A DNA stretch of 64,000 nucleotides from an uncultured Dehalococcoidia bacterium (GTDB lineage Bacteria > Chloroflexota > Dehalococcoidia > SZUA-161): positions 1,029 to 65,028 of the forward strand of contig CAZGDV010000003.1 of assembly GCA_964524995.1 (NCBI GenBank). Reading direction: 5' to 3'. Below the pieces are notes generated by a model. That model was not told the DNA's origin, did no database searches, and worked only from the letters and a program-made list of their open reading frames with translations. Shown in pieces: positions 44,738 to 53,713 of the stretch. The first letter of the stretch is position 1. Each line of letters starts with the position of its first letter. The position numbers and the translations under genes were made by a program.

Positions 44738-47634
44738 CTATCTCCGTCCTTCAGCGGTATTTGCACACTAATGGTGGTGCCAATATCCGGCCCCGACGTC
44801 ACTTCCAGAGAGCCCGAGAGGAGAATCACCCTCTCCTGCATGCCGCGCAGCCCCCAGCCTCGATCCACCGCCGGGTTGTTGAAGACCTGCTCGGGAGCGA
44901 ACCCCTTCCCATTGTCGGAGATGGTCAGCGAGAGGAAACCGTTGTTGGCGCTCAGCGCCACACGAACCTTTGTGGCCTCGGAGTGCCTGATTATATTCGT
45001 GAACGCCTCCTGGGCCACCCGGAAGACGGTCACTTCTATCTCGGTCGGCAGGCGTTGCTTCAAGACGCCGTCGAGCTCGATGTCCGTCTCGATGTTCGCC
45101 GTCTCCAGGTTGTTCTTGGCGTACCATCTGATGGCAGGTATCAGGCCAAGGTCGTCCAGCACAGCCGGTCGCAGCTCTACTATGATCTTCCTGATCTCCG
45201 AGAGGACTTCTCGGGCAAGCTTGTTCGTCTCGAGAAACCGGGCCTGTTCCTCCTTCATGTGCTCGGGCAGGGATGCCGCTGCCATGGAGGTGCTCATCAT
45301 CAGTGCTGTTATGGCTTGACCCGCTTCGTCGTGAAGCTCCCGCGCGATCCGCTTCCTCTCCTCCTCCTGGGCCGTTATGAGCTTTCTGAGGAGTTCCCCG
45401 CGCCGTCTCTCCCTTCTCTGCACCTCCTGATAAAGCCTGTCGTTCTCGATCCCTGCTACTATCTGATCGGCGAGCGTCTGCCCCAGCGGGATGTCAAGCG
45501 TCTGGAGATCCGGCAGATTGAAGAAGCACAGGATACCCGCTATAGTACCTCCCAGAACCAAAGGCGCGAACATCAGGCTCTTCGGCCTGGTCAGACGCGG
45601 TCTGGATGCCTGGAGAACCTCACTGTTCTCAGGGCGCAGCGAGGTCGAGAGCTGCTGCAATTCTTCGGCAGTGGTGAGCACACCGGCCGTGGTACTGAGC
45701 GCGGCGAGGCCGGCCACCCACTCGTCGTGGTTGAGTCTTATGCTCCGAAGCTTCTCGAAGTCGCAGCCGTAGCTAGCCTCGGGAATGTACTGTCCAGATT
45801 CGGCCTCTTGCAGGAAGATGACTCCTGTCGTACCGGGCACAGTCTCCCCTATCGTGCGCATGACATCCTGAAGCTTCGATTGAAGAGTGTTCGTTGAACC
45901 TATTATCTGTGCGCATTTGACCAGCGTTGACAGGCCCGCATTGTTGCGCAGCAGCCTGTCCTCCTTACCGGAGAGGAGGAACATCATGTTGTTGAAGTTC
46001 TCGCCGATCGCCGTGATCTCATCACGTGCGCAGCTCTTCAGGTAGACGGGGCAGTTCTCCTGGAAGACCGGACATACCTGCTCCTCCGAGTCATCAGAGG
46101 CTTCCGACAAGGCAAACACTCCGGCTACCTGCCAACACCTCAGGTTCTCTGAACCATACGCCGGGCAGTCGGTGTTGTCGCATTCCTTCTCGACCCAGCA
46201 CTTGACCAGATGGGGATTCTCGAACCTGGCCTCGAAGCCACTCTCGATCGCCATGTTCAGCAGATGGTGGATCTCGGAGCTGGCTTCGCGGAGCCTGCGT
46301 GCCGTCAAGGCATTGTCAATCCCTATGCCGATCTCGTCACTTACCGCGGAGAACAAGCGAAGTGCCTCGGGTGCCATATTGGCCACACCAGCCCCATACA
46401 GTACAATGGCCCCCAGCATCTGGCCCTTGGATAATAGCGGAGCCACCGCGTACGCTTTCGTCTGGCCGTTCGGCTCGGGCTTCGTTGGACTTGGTGTATC
46501 GGCAACCAGCTCACCGACCACCATGGTAGTGCGTGACTCCGTCACCTTCCTTACGACGTCTGCCTCGACCGGAATCGCGGACACGATCCGGGGATCACCA
46601 CGCACGAGCTCGTGCTTCGCGGCGATCTCGAGTCGTTCTCCAAGCCCATCCAACAGGTAGGCAGCTCCTCCCTCGGTATCCAGAATCGTGACCAGTTTCT
46701 CCAAGACATCCTTCAGGATTGTGTCCGGGTCGAGCGAGTGGCTCACTGCCCTGCTCACCTCGCTGAAGGCCGACAACTCCTTGGTGCGGCGCTGTACGCG
46801 CTCGTTCAGTTCGACATTCCAGAGTTCGAGTTCGCGTCTTGATTGCTCCAGTTCCTGTGTTCTCTGCTCAATCTTCACCGCCATCTCATTGAAGGCGCTG
46901 CCTAGTATCCCGATCTCGTCGCCGCTCACGTCTGTGACGCGAGTCTTATACATGCCATGCGAGATGTCCAGCGCCGACGCCGAAAGCCGGCTGAGTCGGC
47001 CCAGCACCGTGCGCCGGAGCACCAGCGAGAGACTGCCACCCATGACGAGGAACGCAACACCGGCTGATATGCCAATGAGGGTATTCTGCCTTTGGAGCTG
47101 GTCGTCCAACGTTGACATGTCCAGGCCGATGCCGATCGCCCCGAGTATCTCTATGTCAGAAGAGTGGCAGCTGGAGCACTCGGGGGAGTTGAGTATGGGC
47201 GTGATCGTGTATAGCTCACGCTGGCCACCCGCCGACACTATCGCCGTCGTAACCTCTTGCGCGGCCAGAGCATCAGCAAGGCTGCCCCTGATCTGAGGAT
47301 GGTGTGGTTGAAGACCGCCAGCCGACGCGTAGAGGGCTTCGTCCGTGGAGTACACGGTCACGCTGTTCACGATCCATTCCCCGTCTTCACCCTCATCGCC
47401 GGCGGCCACACGCTCGACACCTCGCTTGATGTACTCCAGTCCGCCGAGAAGCATGTCCTGCTCGATCGAAGTCAGCATTGCGGTGTTGAGAGCGGCGGAT
47501 GACTGGTTGAACTGCTCGAGGGTGGTCTCGCGCTGGAAACGCAACATCACAGACGCCATTATCGAAGCGAAGATGATCATCATCGCGATTATCAAGATCG
47601 GCAGCTTGAGATGGAGACTCATGATTCCAGCCAC
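44734..47634 (-). CDS. membrane sensor histidine kinase: periplasmic CXXCH (haem c) domain, HAMP, GAF, Cys-rich two-CW-like domain, GAF, HisKA_3/HATPase
   Basis: Two TM helices flank a ~155-aa periplasmic domain containing CSSCH (47164-47178). The Cys/Trp-rich stretch KCWVEKECDNTDCPAYGSENLRCWQ...CPVFQENCPVYLKSC lies at 46030-46200. H-box RIARELHDEAGQ. Confidence 0.85.
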   Translation of the reverse strand: MAGIMSLHLKLPILIIAMMIIFASIMASVMLRFQRETTLEQFNQSSAALNTAMLTSIEQDMLLGGLEYIKRGVERVAAGDEGEDGEWIVNSVTVYSTDEALYASAGGLQPHHPQIRGSLADALAAQEVTTAIVSAGGQRELYTITPILNSPECSSCHSSDIEILGAIGIGLDMSTLDDQLQRQNTLIGISAGVAFLVMGGSLSLVLRRTVLGRLSRLSASALDISHGMYKTRVTDVSGDEIGILGSAFNEMAVKIEQRTQELEQSRRELELWNVELNERVQRRTKELSAFSEVSRAVSHSLDPDTILKDVLEKLVTILDTEGGAAYLLDGLGERLEIAAKHELVRGDPRIVSAIPVEADVVRKVTESRTTMVVGELVADTPSPTKPEPNGQTKAYAVAPLLSKGQMLGAIVLYGAGVANMAPEALRLFSAVSDEIGIGIDNALTARRLREASSEIHHLLNMAIESGFEARFENPHLVKCWVEKECDNTDCPAYGSENLRCWQVAGVFALSEASDDSEEQVCPVFQENCPVYLKSCARDEITAIGENFNNMMFLLSGKEDRLLRNNAGLSTLVKCAQIIGSTNTLQSKLQDVMRTIGETVPGTTGVIFLQEAESGQYIPEASYGCDFEKLRSIRLNHDEWVAGLAALSTTAGVLTTAEELQQLSTSLRPENSEVLQASRPRLTRPKSLMFAPLVLGGTIAGILCFFNLPDLQTLDIPLGQTLADQIVAGIENDRLYQEVQRRERRRGELLRKLITAQEEERKRIARELHDEAGQAITALMMSTSMAAASLPEHMKEEQARFLETNKLAREVLSEIRKIIVELRPAVLDDLGLIPAIRWYAKNNLETANIETDIELDGVLKQRLPTEIEVTVFRVAQEAFTNIIRHSEATKVRVALSANNGFLSLTISDNGKGFAPEQVFNNPAVDRGWGLRGMQERVILLSGSLEVTSGPDIGTTISVQIPLKDGDS

Positions 47635-47679
47635 GCCGGGTAGTTATTGTGGATGGGACTGCAAGCGCCCATCCCGGTC

Positions 47680-49125
47680 TCACTTCCGAAGAGGTGTGCC
47701 GCACTCCGGACAGTAACGAAACGATCCGGCCACCTTGGCCCCGCACTCAGTACAGTACCGCTGCTCGGGCAGGCGTCGTTTGGCAGGGCTGGGTTGAGCG
47801 GTCAACTCAGCATCCATCCGGCGCTTTCGCACAACCCAGTATGCCGCCACGCCGCACAGTAGGCAAACGCCGGCGATACCTCCACCCACGTACGGCCAAC
47901 CGGCGAAAGATGACTCCTCGATAGCAAGCGAAGGGAGTGGATCGGATTTCGTATACTCGATGTCGAATCGCAGGCTGTCGCTCGCGCTCAACGCCGTGTA
48001 GGCATACAGAAGCTCTCTGAAACCGTTCTCATAGTCCTCGGCTGTCATAGATGATTCAACATAGGGCATCACCCTGAAGTCGGAGGACTTCCTTGGCTGC
48101 TGGACATGCACCAGCAGACCGTCTATTGGCAGCAGGGTTATGAACTCGCTGGTGACCAGCTTGTCAACGTCGCCCTCTATGGCTTCGAGGTAGTACTCTA
48201 CGCGAAACGTGCTCGTGGTGATCTCGTAGCTGATCACGTCCCATCCTGTGACATCCGATGGCGTCCTCTCGGGGGGGCCACCTGCGTACTTGAGGTCTGC
48301 GTCTATCGAACCCGCCGAGAACATCTGAGCCCCCTCGGGCACCAGGAACTCGATAGGCGCGGGAGGCGCGACCCCCACGACCTCACCCACCATCATCACC
48401 AGCAGTCGTGGGTCATCGTATTCCGGATACAGCCACAGGTCCACGTTCTGCAGGCCGGCTATGATCTTCAGTGACGGATAGGGGTTTGTCTTGACATAAG
48501 ATATGCTAAGAACCAGCGACTGATTCGCTTCCAGGCTAGCGTAGTCGAGAACCTCGACGGTCATGCCATAGCTGTCCGTCTCCTGAATTGACTCAAGGGA
48601 CGCGAGGCTCGGCTCCACGTGGAAGTCAGTGGCCGTACGTGGCTGCTGAATATAGATGCGCAGTCCATCGACGGGATAGAGCGGTATGAACTCGGACACA
48701 ATAGACTTGGTCGCGCCCGCCGGAATGACATCGTGGTAGTACTCGACTCGGAAGATGGACGTGGTGACATCGTAGGTGATCACGTCCCAACCATCCAGTG
48801 TCGAGGCCGTACGATCGGGAGGCCCACCTGTGTATTGACCTGCCGAGTCAATCGAGCCAGCCGAGTATATCTCTGCGTCCTCCGGCACCAGGAAGCTCAT
48901 TGTAGTGGTAGGGGAGGTGCCCACGACCTGCCCCTCCAGCATGACAAGTAAACGGCTATCGTCGTACTCGGGGTACAGCCAGAGGTTCGCGTCTCGCACG
49001 GTGATGGACTCTGTCTGAGCCTCTGTTAGACTGGGGAAGAGCAGGCAAGCCAGAAGAAGGAACAGAGCAACTAGCAGACTAATACTGCCAAACCTGGACC
49101 CGGTTATTCTCACGATCTGTGACAT
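47680..49125 (-). CDS. exported protein with internally duplicated ~185-aa domain, C-terminal TM helix and cytoplasmic zinc ribbon (function unknown)
   Basis: Signal peptide. Two copies of the unit LWLYPEYDD(S/P)RLLVM...F(L)VPE(D/G)A...SAGSID...GGPP(D/E)RT...GWDVI(T/S)Y...FRVEYY. TM helix, then YCTECGAKVAGSFRYCPECG. Confidence 0.65.
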   Translation of the reverse strand: MSQIVRITGSRFGSISLLVALFLLLACLLFPSLTEAQTESITVRDANLWLYPEYDDSRLLVMLEGQVVGTSPTTTMSFLVPEDAEIYSAGSIDSAGQYTGGPPDRTASTLDGWDVITYDVTTSIFRVEYYHDVIPAGATKSIVSEFIPLYPVDGLRIYIQQPRTATDFHVEPSLASLESIQETDSYGMTVEVLDYASLEANQSLVLSISYVKTNPYPSLKIIAGLQNVDLWLYPEYDDPRLLVMMVGEVVGVAPPAPIEFLVPEGAQMFSAGSIDADLKYAGGPPERTPSDVTGWDVISYEITTSTFRVEYYLEAIEGDVDKLVTSEFITLLPIDGLLVHVQQPRKSSDFRVMPYVESSMTAEDYENGFRELLYAYTALSASDSLRFDIEYTKSDPLPSLAIEESSFAGWPYVGGGIAGVCLLCGVAAYWVVRKRRMDAELTAQPSPAKRRLPEQRYCTECGAKVAGSFRYCPECGTPLRK

Positions 49126-50941
49126 AGACCCTCCCGGCGCTGTCCAAGGCTATCCCATTGGGGTAGTTGAACTCACCGGCCCCCATACCTTGCCCACCGA
49201 AGGTGAAGAGCCGTTGAAGGCTCTCCCCGGCCTGAAAAACGATCACACTGTGCCCGAAAACATCGACGACGTGCAGCAGGTCTCGCTCGTCTACGGCCAG
49301 TCCCCTCGGCAAGCCGGCGTCTATCGCTCTCGGGTTACTGCCGTCCTGGTCGAATACCTTGAGGGCAAAGTTGTTGCTGTCCGCAACGTAGATGTTGCCC
49401 AGACTATCGACCGCAATTCCATTCGGGAAAGAGAACTCATCGACGCCCTCGCCCTTCTTTCCAAACTCTAGTCTAACATGTCCGGCGTAATCGAACACCA
49501 TCACGCGGTGCTGGCCGCTGGTCAACTCGGTGATGTACAGGTCGTCCCAGTTGCTGGTGCGATCGTCGAACGTCATTGCCATTGGGGACCAGATATCACC
49601 GAACTCATCCGGAGACAGCCTCTCCACATGAGCACCGCTGTAGTCATAAACGTCGATGCAGGACCGCGTGCGATCGGAGACAAATATCCTGCCGGTAGTC
49701 CTATGTACACCAACATACACCGGCGATCGCGACGCGACGTTCTTGGAGTCCGTAGGCACGAGGGTGGCCAAGTGTGTCCCATCCCTGTCGAAGACGTGCA
49801 CTCCGCGCTCGCCTCCGCTCTCTGCAACATATATGAACTCGCCGTCGGGATGTACGGCCACGCCCAGTGGCTTGTCCACACCGTATATCGAGAACTGGTA
49901 CTCCGGCGCGTCAACAGGCCCCCGACCTTCTCCTGAATCCTCTGATTCCATGGCGGGCACAGCTGGGATGGCCAGCACTAACGACTTCACCACGGCGAAG
50001 TCAACTGTCGCCAGTACATCGTCGATGACCACGGAGCCGAGATGGCCGACATCCGCAGGCTCACGCTGGGACAGGCCGATACCCGATGGCAAAAGCGCCT
50101 CGGAGATGCGATACGACGCCGATCCCGTATCGGGGTCCGAATTCAGCAACTCCGTTCCGCTCACGTCAACTACCTCATGCCCGGAGTCGGCTGCTGCCCT
50201 CAAGAGGTCCGTTGCCACCTTTCGTAGTTCATCCGCTAGGCCGGAAGGCTCTCCGTTCGTTATGTCCTGCGGGAGAGGTGGTACCACCAGTGACGTACCA
50301 CCGGAAATCGGGACCATTGCTACGACGAGATGACCCTCGGTATCGACTGCCAGGCCCGATACGATCGTAGAGCCATCGCCGTCGCGCCAGTTTATGTACT
50401 CGCCCGTGTCGGCGTCGGTGGCCAGCACGGTGTCACGACCGTGAATCGCCCCCGTCGGCGTCCTTACAACGAATGTCGTTACCTCTTGTCCTATCTGGGA
50501 AGTCGCGCGTCCTGACACGAGTCTTGTCTCGACCCTCACCCGATCCGCGCCGATGATCTTCGATATCTTCTGCGACTGGACCAACTGCAGTTGGCCGGAA
50601 CCCTGGAGCAGAGTTCTGCTCCCATCGAAATAGTGGATAATCGCAGCGCTTCCCTCGCCCACCCATAGCCAATCTCCGTCATGGAGCTCCATCCCGGTGC
50701 TCGCCGCGATCCATGTGCTCTCACTCTCCGCCGTCTGCACCCGCACGTCCCCGGACCTGGCTTCAAGTAGGCCGACTTCGCTGGACGTGCTCTCGTACCC
50801 GAACAGCACCGCCAGCAGGGCCACAATGCAGGCCAGGAAGATGACGACGACTACTAACACGCGGCGCTTTCGCTCGCGTGAATCACGAGTGTCGGAAGGA
50901 GGATGGTACATACGATCGCGCAAGCCTGGTATTCGTGGCAT
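49079..50941 (-). CDS. membrane-anchored FecR-domain / NHL-repeat beta-propeller protein
   Basis: N-terminal TM helix, a FecR-like segment (GDVRVQTAE...LHDGDWLWVGEGSAAIIHYFDGSRTLL), and C-terminal NHL-type repeats (e.g. FSFPNGIAVDSLGNIYVADSNN, FNYPNGIALDSAGRVYVTDRENNRVQVW). Confidence 0.75.
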   Translation of the reverse strand: MPRIPGLRDRMYHPPSDTRDSRERKRRVLVVVVIFLACIVALLAVLFGYESTSSEVGLLEARSGDVRVQTAESESTWIAASTGMELHDGDWLWVGEGSAAIIHYFDGSRTLLQGSGQLQLVQSQKISKIIGADRVRVETRLVSGRATSQIGQEVTTFVVRTPTGAIHGRDTVLATDADTGEYINWRDGDGSTIVSGLAVDTEGHLVVAMVPISGGTSLVVPPLPQDITNGEPSGLADELRKVATDLLRAAADSGHEVVDVSGTELLNSDPDTGSASYRISEALLPSGIGLSQREPADVGHLGSVVIDDVLATVDFAVVKSLVLAIPAVPAMESEDSGEGRGPVDAPEYQFSIYGVDKPLGVAVHPDGEFIYVAESGGERGVHVFDRDGTHLATLVPTDSKNVASRSPVYVGVHRTTGRIFVSDRTRSCIDVYDYSGAHVERLSPDEFGDIWSPMAMTFDDRTSNWDDLYITELTSGQHRVMVFDYAGHVRLEFGKKGEGVDEFSFPNGIAVDSLGNIYVADSNNFALKVFDQDGSNPRAIDAGLPRGLAVDERDLLHVVDVFGHSVIVFQAGESLQRLFTFGGQGMGAGEFNYPNGIALDSAGRVYVTDRENNRVQVWQY

Positions 50942-50944
50942 CGG

Positions 50945-51853
50945 CTACTGCTCCCTCAACTGGTTGAGACGAGCGCCCGCAAGAGTGTTGTCCGGGTCCA
51001 GCTCCAGGACCGCCTGGTACGCCTCGATGGCATCCTGGGTCTGGCCAACCTTCTCGTAGGTCATGGCGAGTCCGAGATGCGCCTCGGCGAACTGCGGGCC
51101 ACCCGCTACGGCTGCCCCCAGGTTATCGAGAGCCTGTTCGTATCTCTCGCTGCAGTAGTCGACCATACCGGTCGCATAGGCGGCGCCGGTCGTGTTGCCG
51201 ACCTCCTGGTAACAGTGGGCAAGCTCTTCATATGCTTCGGTGAAGGTCGGGACGAAGCGTATGGCCTCCAGCAACCACTCAATCGCATCGTTGCACTGGC
51301 CCATGTCGCTGTACGCCACTCCCAGAAAATATCTCGAGTCAGCATCGGTACTCATCGCGACGGACGTAGCTCTCAGAGGTTCGATCGCCTTCTCGGGCTC
51401 ACCCAGAGCAATGTAGATACGCCCCAGATCGTATTGCGCGCGCTGGAGCTGTTTGTTCAACCCCCTCATGGGGTTGTCCTCGTTCAACTCGACGACTTTC
51501 AGGTAGGGCTCGAGCGCATCTTCGTACTTCTCCTGGTCCATGTAGACAGCGCCGAGAATCATGTAGGCCATCTCGTATTCGTCGTTCTGCGCGAGCAGGA
51601 ACTCGGCCTGATCGATAGCCTCATCGTAGGCGCCAGCCTCGATGTAGTAAGCTGCAAGTTGGACTCTCAGGCTACTGTTGAACGGGCTCTCTTCCAGCAG
51701 CTTCTCGATCCGCTCAATCTCCCTTTCCACCATTGACTTGTCGGAGGTCGACGTGTCACGCAGCCCGACAATCAAGCCGACCACCAGCCCGACTATCGCC
51801 ACCAGGACGAAAGCTATAAGGAACCTTCTACTACGTCTTGTGAGGAAGTCCAA
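50945..51853 (-). CDS. membrane-anchored TPR-repeat protein
   Basis: N-terminal TM helix, then multiple 34-aa TPR-like repeats (AYYIEAGAYDEAI, LGRIYIALGEPEKAIE, LAMTYEKVGQTQDAIEAYQAVLELDPDN). TTG start after GAGAGG. Confidence 0.75.
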   Translation of the reverse strand: MDFLTRRSRRFLIAFVLVAIVGLVVGLIVGLRDTSTSDKSMVEREIERIEKLLEESPFNSSLRVQLAAYYIEAGAYDEAIDQAEFLLAQNDEYEMAYMILGAVYMDQEKYEDALEPYLKVVELNEDNPMRGLNKQLQRAQYDLGRIYIALGEPEKAIEPLRATSVAMSTDADSRYFLGVAYSDMGQCNDAIEWLLEAIRFVPTFTEAYEELAHCYQEVGNTTGAAYATGMVDYCSERYEQALDNLGAAVAGGPQFAEAHLGLAMTYEKVGQTQDAIEAYQAVLELDPDNTLAGARLNQLREQ

Positions 51854-51944
51854 ACGTCAGCCTCTCAATATAGTCCCGCACCGGCTCGCGATGTCCATGG
51901 GGTCGCCTCTCTTCGGAGGCGCGGGCGCAGTGATCCGAACCCTT

Positions 51945-51989
51945 GCAAAGACCCAGGCAGGTCCCCCTCGAAAAAGGAACCTGCCCAGG
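51945..51989 (-). terminator. terminator-like hairpin after the 15-haem cytochrome gene
   Basis: On the minus-strand RNA there is an 11-bp stem (CCUGGGCAGGU/ACCUGCCUGGG, two G-U pairs) followed by UCUUUGC. On the plus strand the same two positions would be C-A mismatches. Confidence 0.45.
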
Positions 51990-52021
51990 CCAAAGATGTC
52001 TCCTATCGCTAGCAATCCATC

Positions 52022-53410
52022 CTACTGGGTGAACTCGTGGCAGTCCACGCAGTTCTCGCGGTTCTTGAGCTTGTGCGTGATAGCCGGCACTCCACCCTCG
52101 CTCACCTCATGACACGCATCACAGAGGTTATCACCATAGCCTGTGTGGCTGCTGGGGAGGGCACCTATCTGCCCAGCGGTGTGGCACCGATTGCACGGGC
52201 TCTTGTCCAACTCATGTGGCAACTCAGGCGGAAGTGTGCGCGTCACGTCATGACACACCAGACATGTGTTGTCAAGACGCCCCGTGTGTGTAACCGGCAA
52301 TTGCACTAGTGCCGTCGAGTGACACTCGGAGCATGTCTCGTGTGCCTGGACCTTGTGCATGATGGCTGGGGGCAGCCCCTCCATCTCCTCATGACAGACA
52401 CCACACGTAGGATTGGCGCGGCCGTCATGGCTCGATGGCAGCGCCACTAGAGCTCCCTTGGAATGGCAGGCAATGCACGCACCCTTACCTTCGGTTGTGT
52501 GGGCTATCACGGGCGGCAGGTCGCCTGCCGACGCCGCGTAGTGACAGGCTTGGCATGTGCCGCTCGCCCTGCCTTCGTGGGAGGCAGGTAGAGCAACCAA
52601 GGCGTTGGCAGAATGACAGGATGTGCAGTCGCGGTTCTTGCTATGCGACTCCGTCGGCGCGAATCCGGCCGACACGTCATGGCAGCCCAAACACGTCTTG
52701 TCGGCGCGACCCTCGTGCGTCGCTGGCAATGCGACCATAGCACTACCTGAGTGACACGATGAGCACGGAGTCGCTACCTTCAGCCGGTGGGCATCGGGCG
52801 GCAGGTCCGTGGTCTGCACATGACACATAGTGCATGTGTTAGTCGTCCGGGGCGAGTCGCCTTGGTGACTGACCGGCAGAGCCACAAGGGCAGTGCTGGA
52901 GTGGCAGTTGTCGCACTTGGTTCGGCCCTCATAGGCGTGCGCTCCCGCAGGGGGGCCCCCGGGATAGAGGACGTGGCACCCTAGGCAGCTGTCGTTGGTC
53001 CGCCCTGCGTGCGTTATCTTCACTGGCCAGACACCATACAGGTCGTGACAAGCCAAGCAGTCACTTCTGCCTTCGGCTGTGTGGGCCAAGTAAGGGCCCA
53101 CACTTGTTGCCGGAGGAGTCGCTGTGGGCACTGTCGTTGGGGTAGGTTGGGCCGGGGTTGGGGAAACCGTCGGCTCTGCAGGCGACTCAGTGGGTGGGAC
53201 CGGGGTCGCTGTCGGCGATCCCGTGACCGGTGGTGAGGGCAGGTCGCTAGAGCCCCCCGGGTTCTCCTCCCCACAGCCAACCAAGGGGGTTACGATCAGG
53301 GCCGTTAGCGCCAGGATGAGAAGCAACCTGTATAAAGGCCTGCTTCCCCGCAAGGCAGAGTACGGGCGGGGGTGGTGCGAGTGAGGTCCGGTGCTCTGTC
53401 TGCTCGTCAT
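52022..53410 (-). CDS. 15-haem tandem-repeat lipoprotein cytochrome c
   Basis: Lipobox LVGCGE, a Pro/Thr-rich linker, then 15 CXXCH arranged as seven dihaem repeats (CxxCH-x3-4-ALVALPxSHxGR-x3-5-CxxCH...PP..H) plus a terminal haem. Confidence 0.9.
   Translation of the reverse strand: MTSRQSTGPHSHHPRPYSALRGSRPLYRLLLILALTALIVTPLVGCGEENPGGSSDLPSPPVTGSPTATPVPPTESPAEPTVSPTPAQPTPTTVPTATPPATSVGPYLAHTAEGRSDCLACHDLYGVWPVKITHAGRTNDSCLGCHVLYPGGPPAGAHAYEGRTKCDNCHSSTALVALPVSHQGDSPRTTNTCTMCHVQTTDLPPDAHRLKVATPCSSCHSGSAMVALPATHEGRADKTCLGCHDVSAGFAPTESHSKNRDCTSCHSANALVALPASHEGRASGTCQACHYAASAGDLPPVIAHTTEGKGACIACHSKGALVALPSSHDGRANPTCGVCHEEMEGLPPAIMHKVQAHETCSECHSTALVQLPVTHTGRLDNTCLVCHDVTRTLPPELPHELDKSPCNRCHTAGQIGALPSSHTGYGDNLCDACHEVSEGGVPAITHKLKNRENCVDCHEFTQ
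52025..53098 (-). repeat. in-gene tandem repeat: seven ~45-50-codon dihaem units
   Basis: Recurrent peptide blocks, e.g. CSSCHSGSAMVALPATHEGRADKTCLGCH, CTSCHSANALVALPASHEGRASGTCQACH, CIACHSKGALVALPSSHDGRANPTCGVCH. Confidence 0.8.
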
Positions 53411-53486
53411 TCATGTCCTCCATTGGTGGTTCAGATGCGGCGGGCTTTCGACACACTCCACTCGTGTGGGGTATGCACGAACACTT

Positions 53487-53515
53487 ATTATAACCGCGAC
53501 TACGTTCGAAATCAA
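53487..53515 (-). promoter_or_regulatory. near-consensus sigma70 promoter (TTGATT-17 nt-TATAAT) for the 15-haem cytochrome gene
   Basis: The reverse complement reads TTGATT (53510-53515), a 17-nt spacer, then TATAAT (53487-53492). There is a GGAGGA RBS before the ATG at 53410. Confidence 0.6.
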
Positions 53516-53651
53516 CTGTCCGTGTTCACTCACCTAAAATGTTACCGGGAGGGTATGGTTCACTCAACTGAGAATGTCATCGAGGGGGACCATGCCGGGC
53601 GATGACAGGCGGTCGAACGGTTGTGGCAACACCCGAACTCCGCCAACGCAA

Positions 53652-53678
53652 CCAAAAGAAAGGAGGCGGCACTCCTTC
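53652..53678 (-). terminator. candidate rho-independent terminator after cytochrome paralog E
   Basis: The minus-strand RNA has AAGGAG-UGCCGC-CUCCUU followed by UCUUUUGG, about 40 nt after the stop at 53714. Confidence 0.5.
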
Positions 53679-53713
53679 GGTAACAATTTCACTTGAGTTG
53701 ACATGCTGTCACC

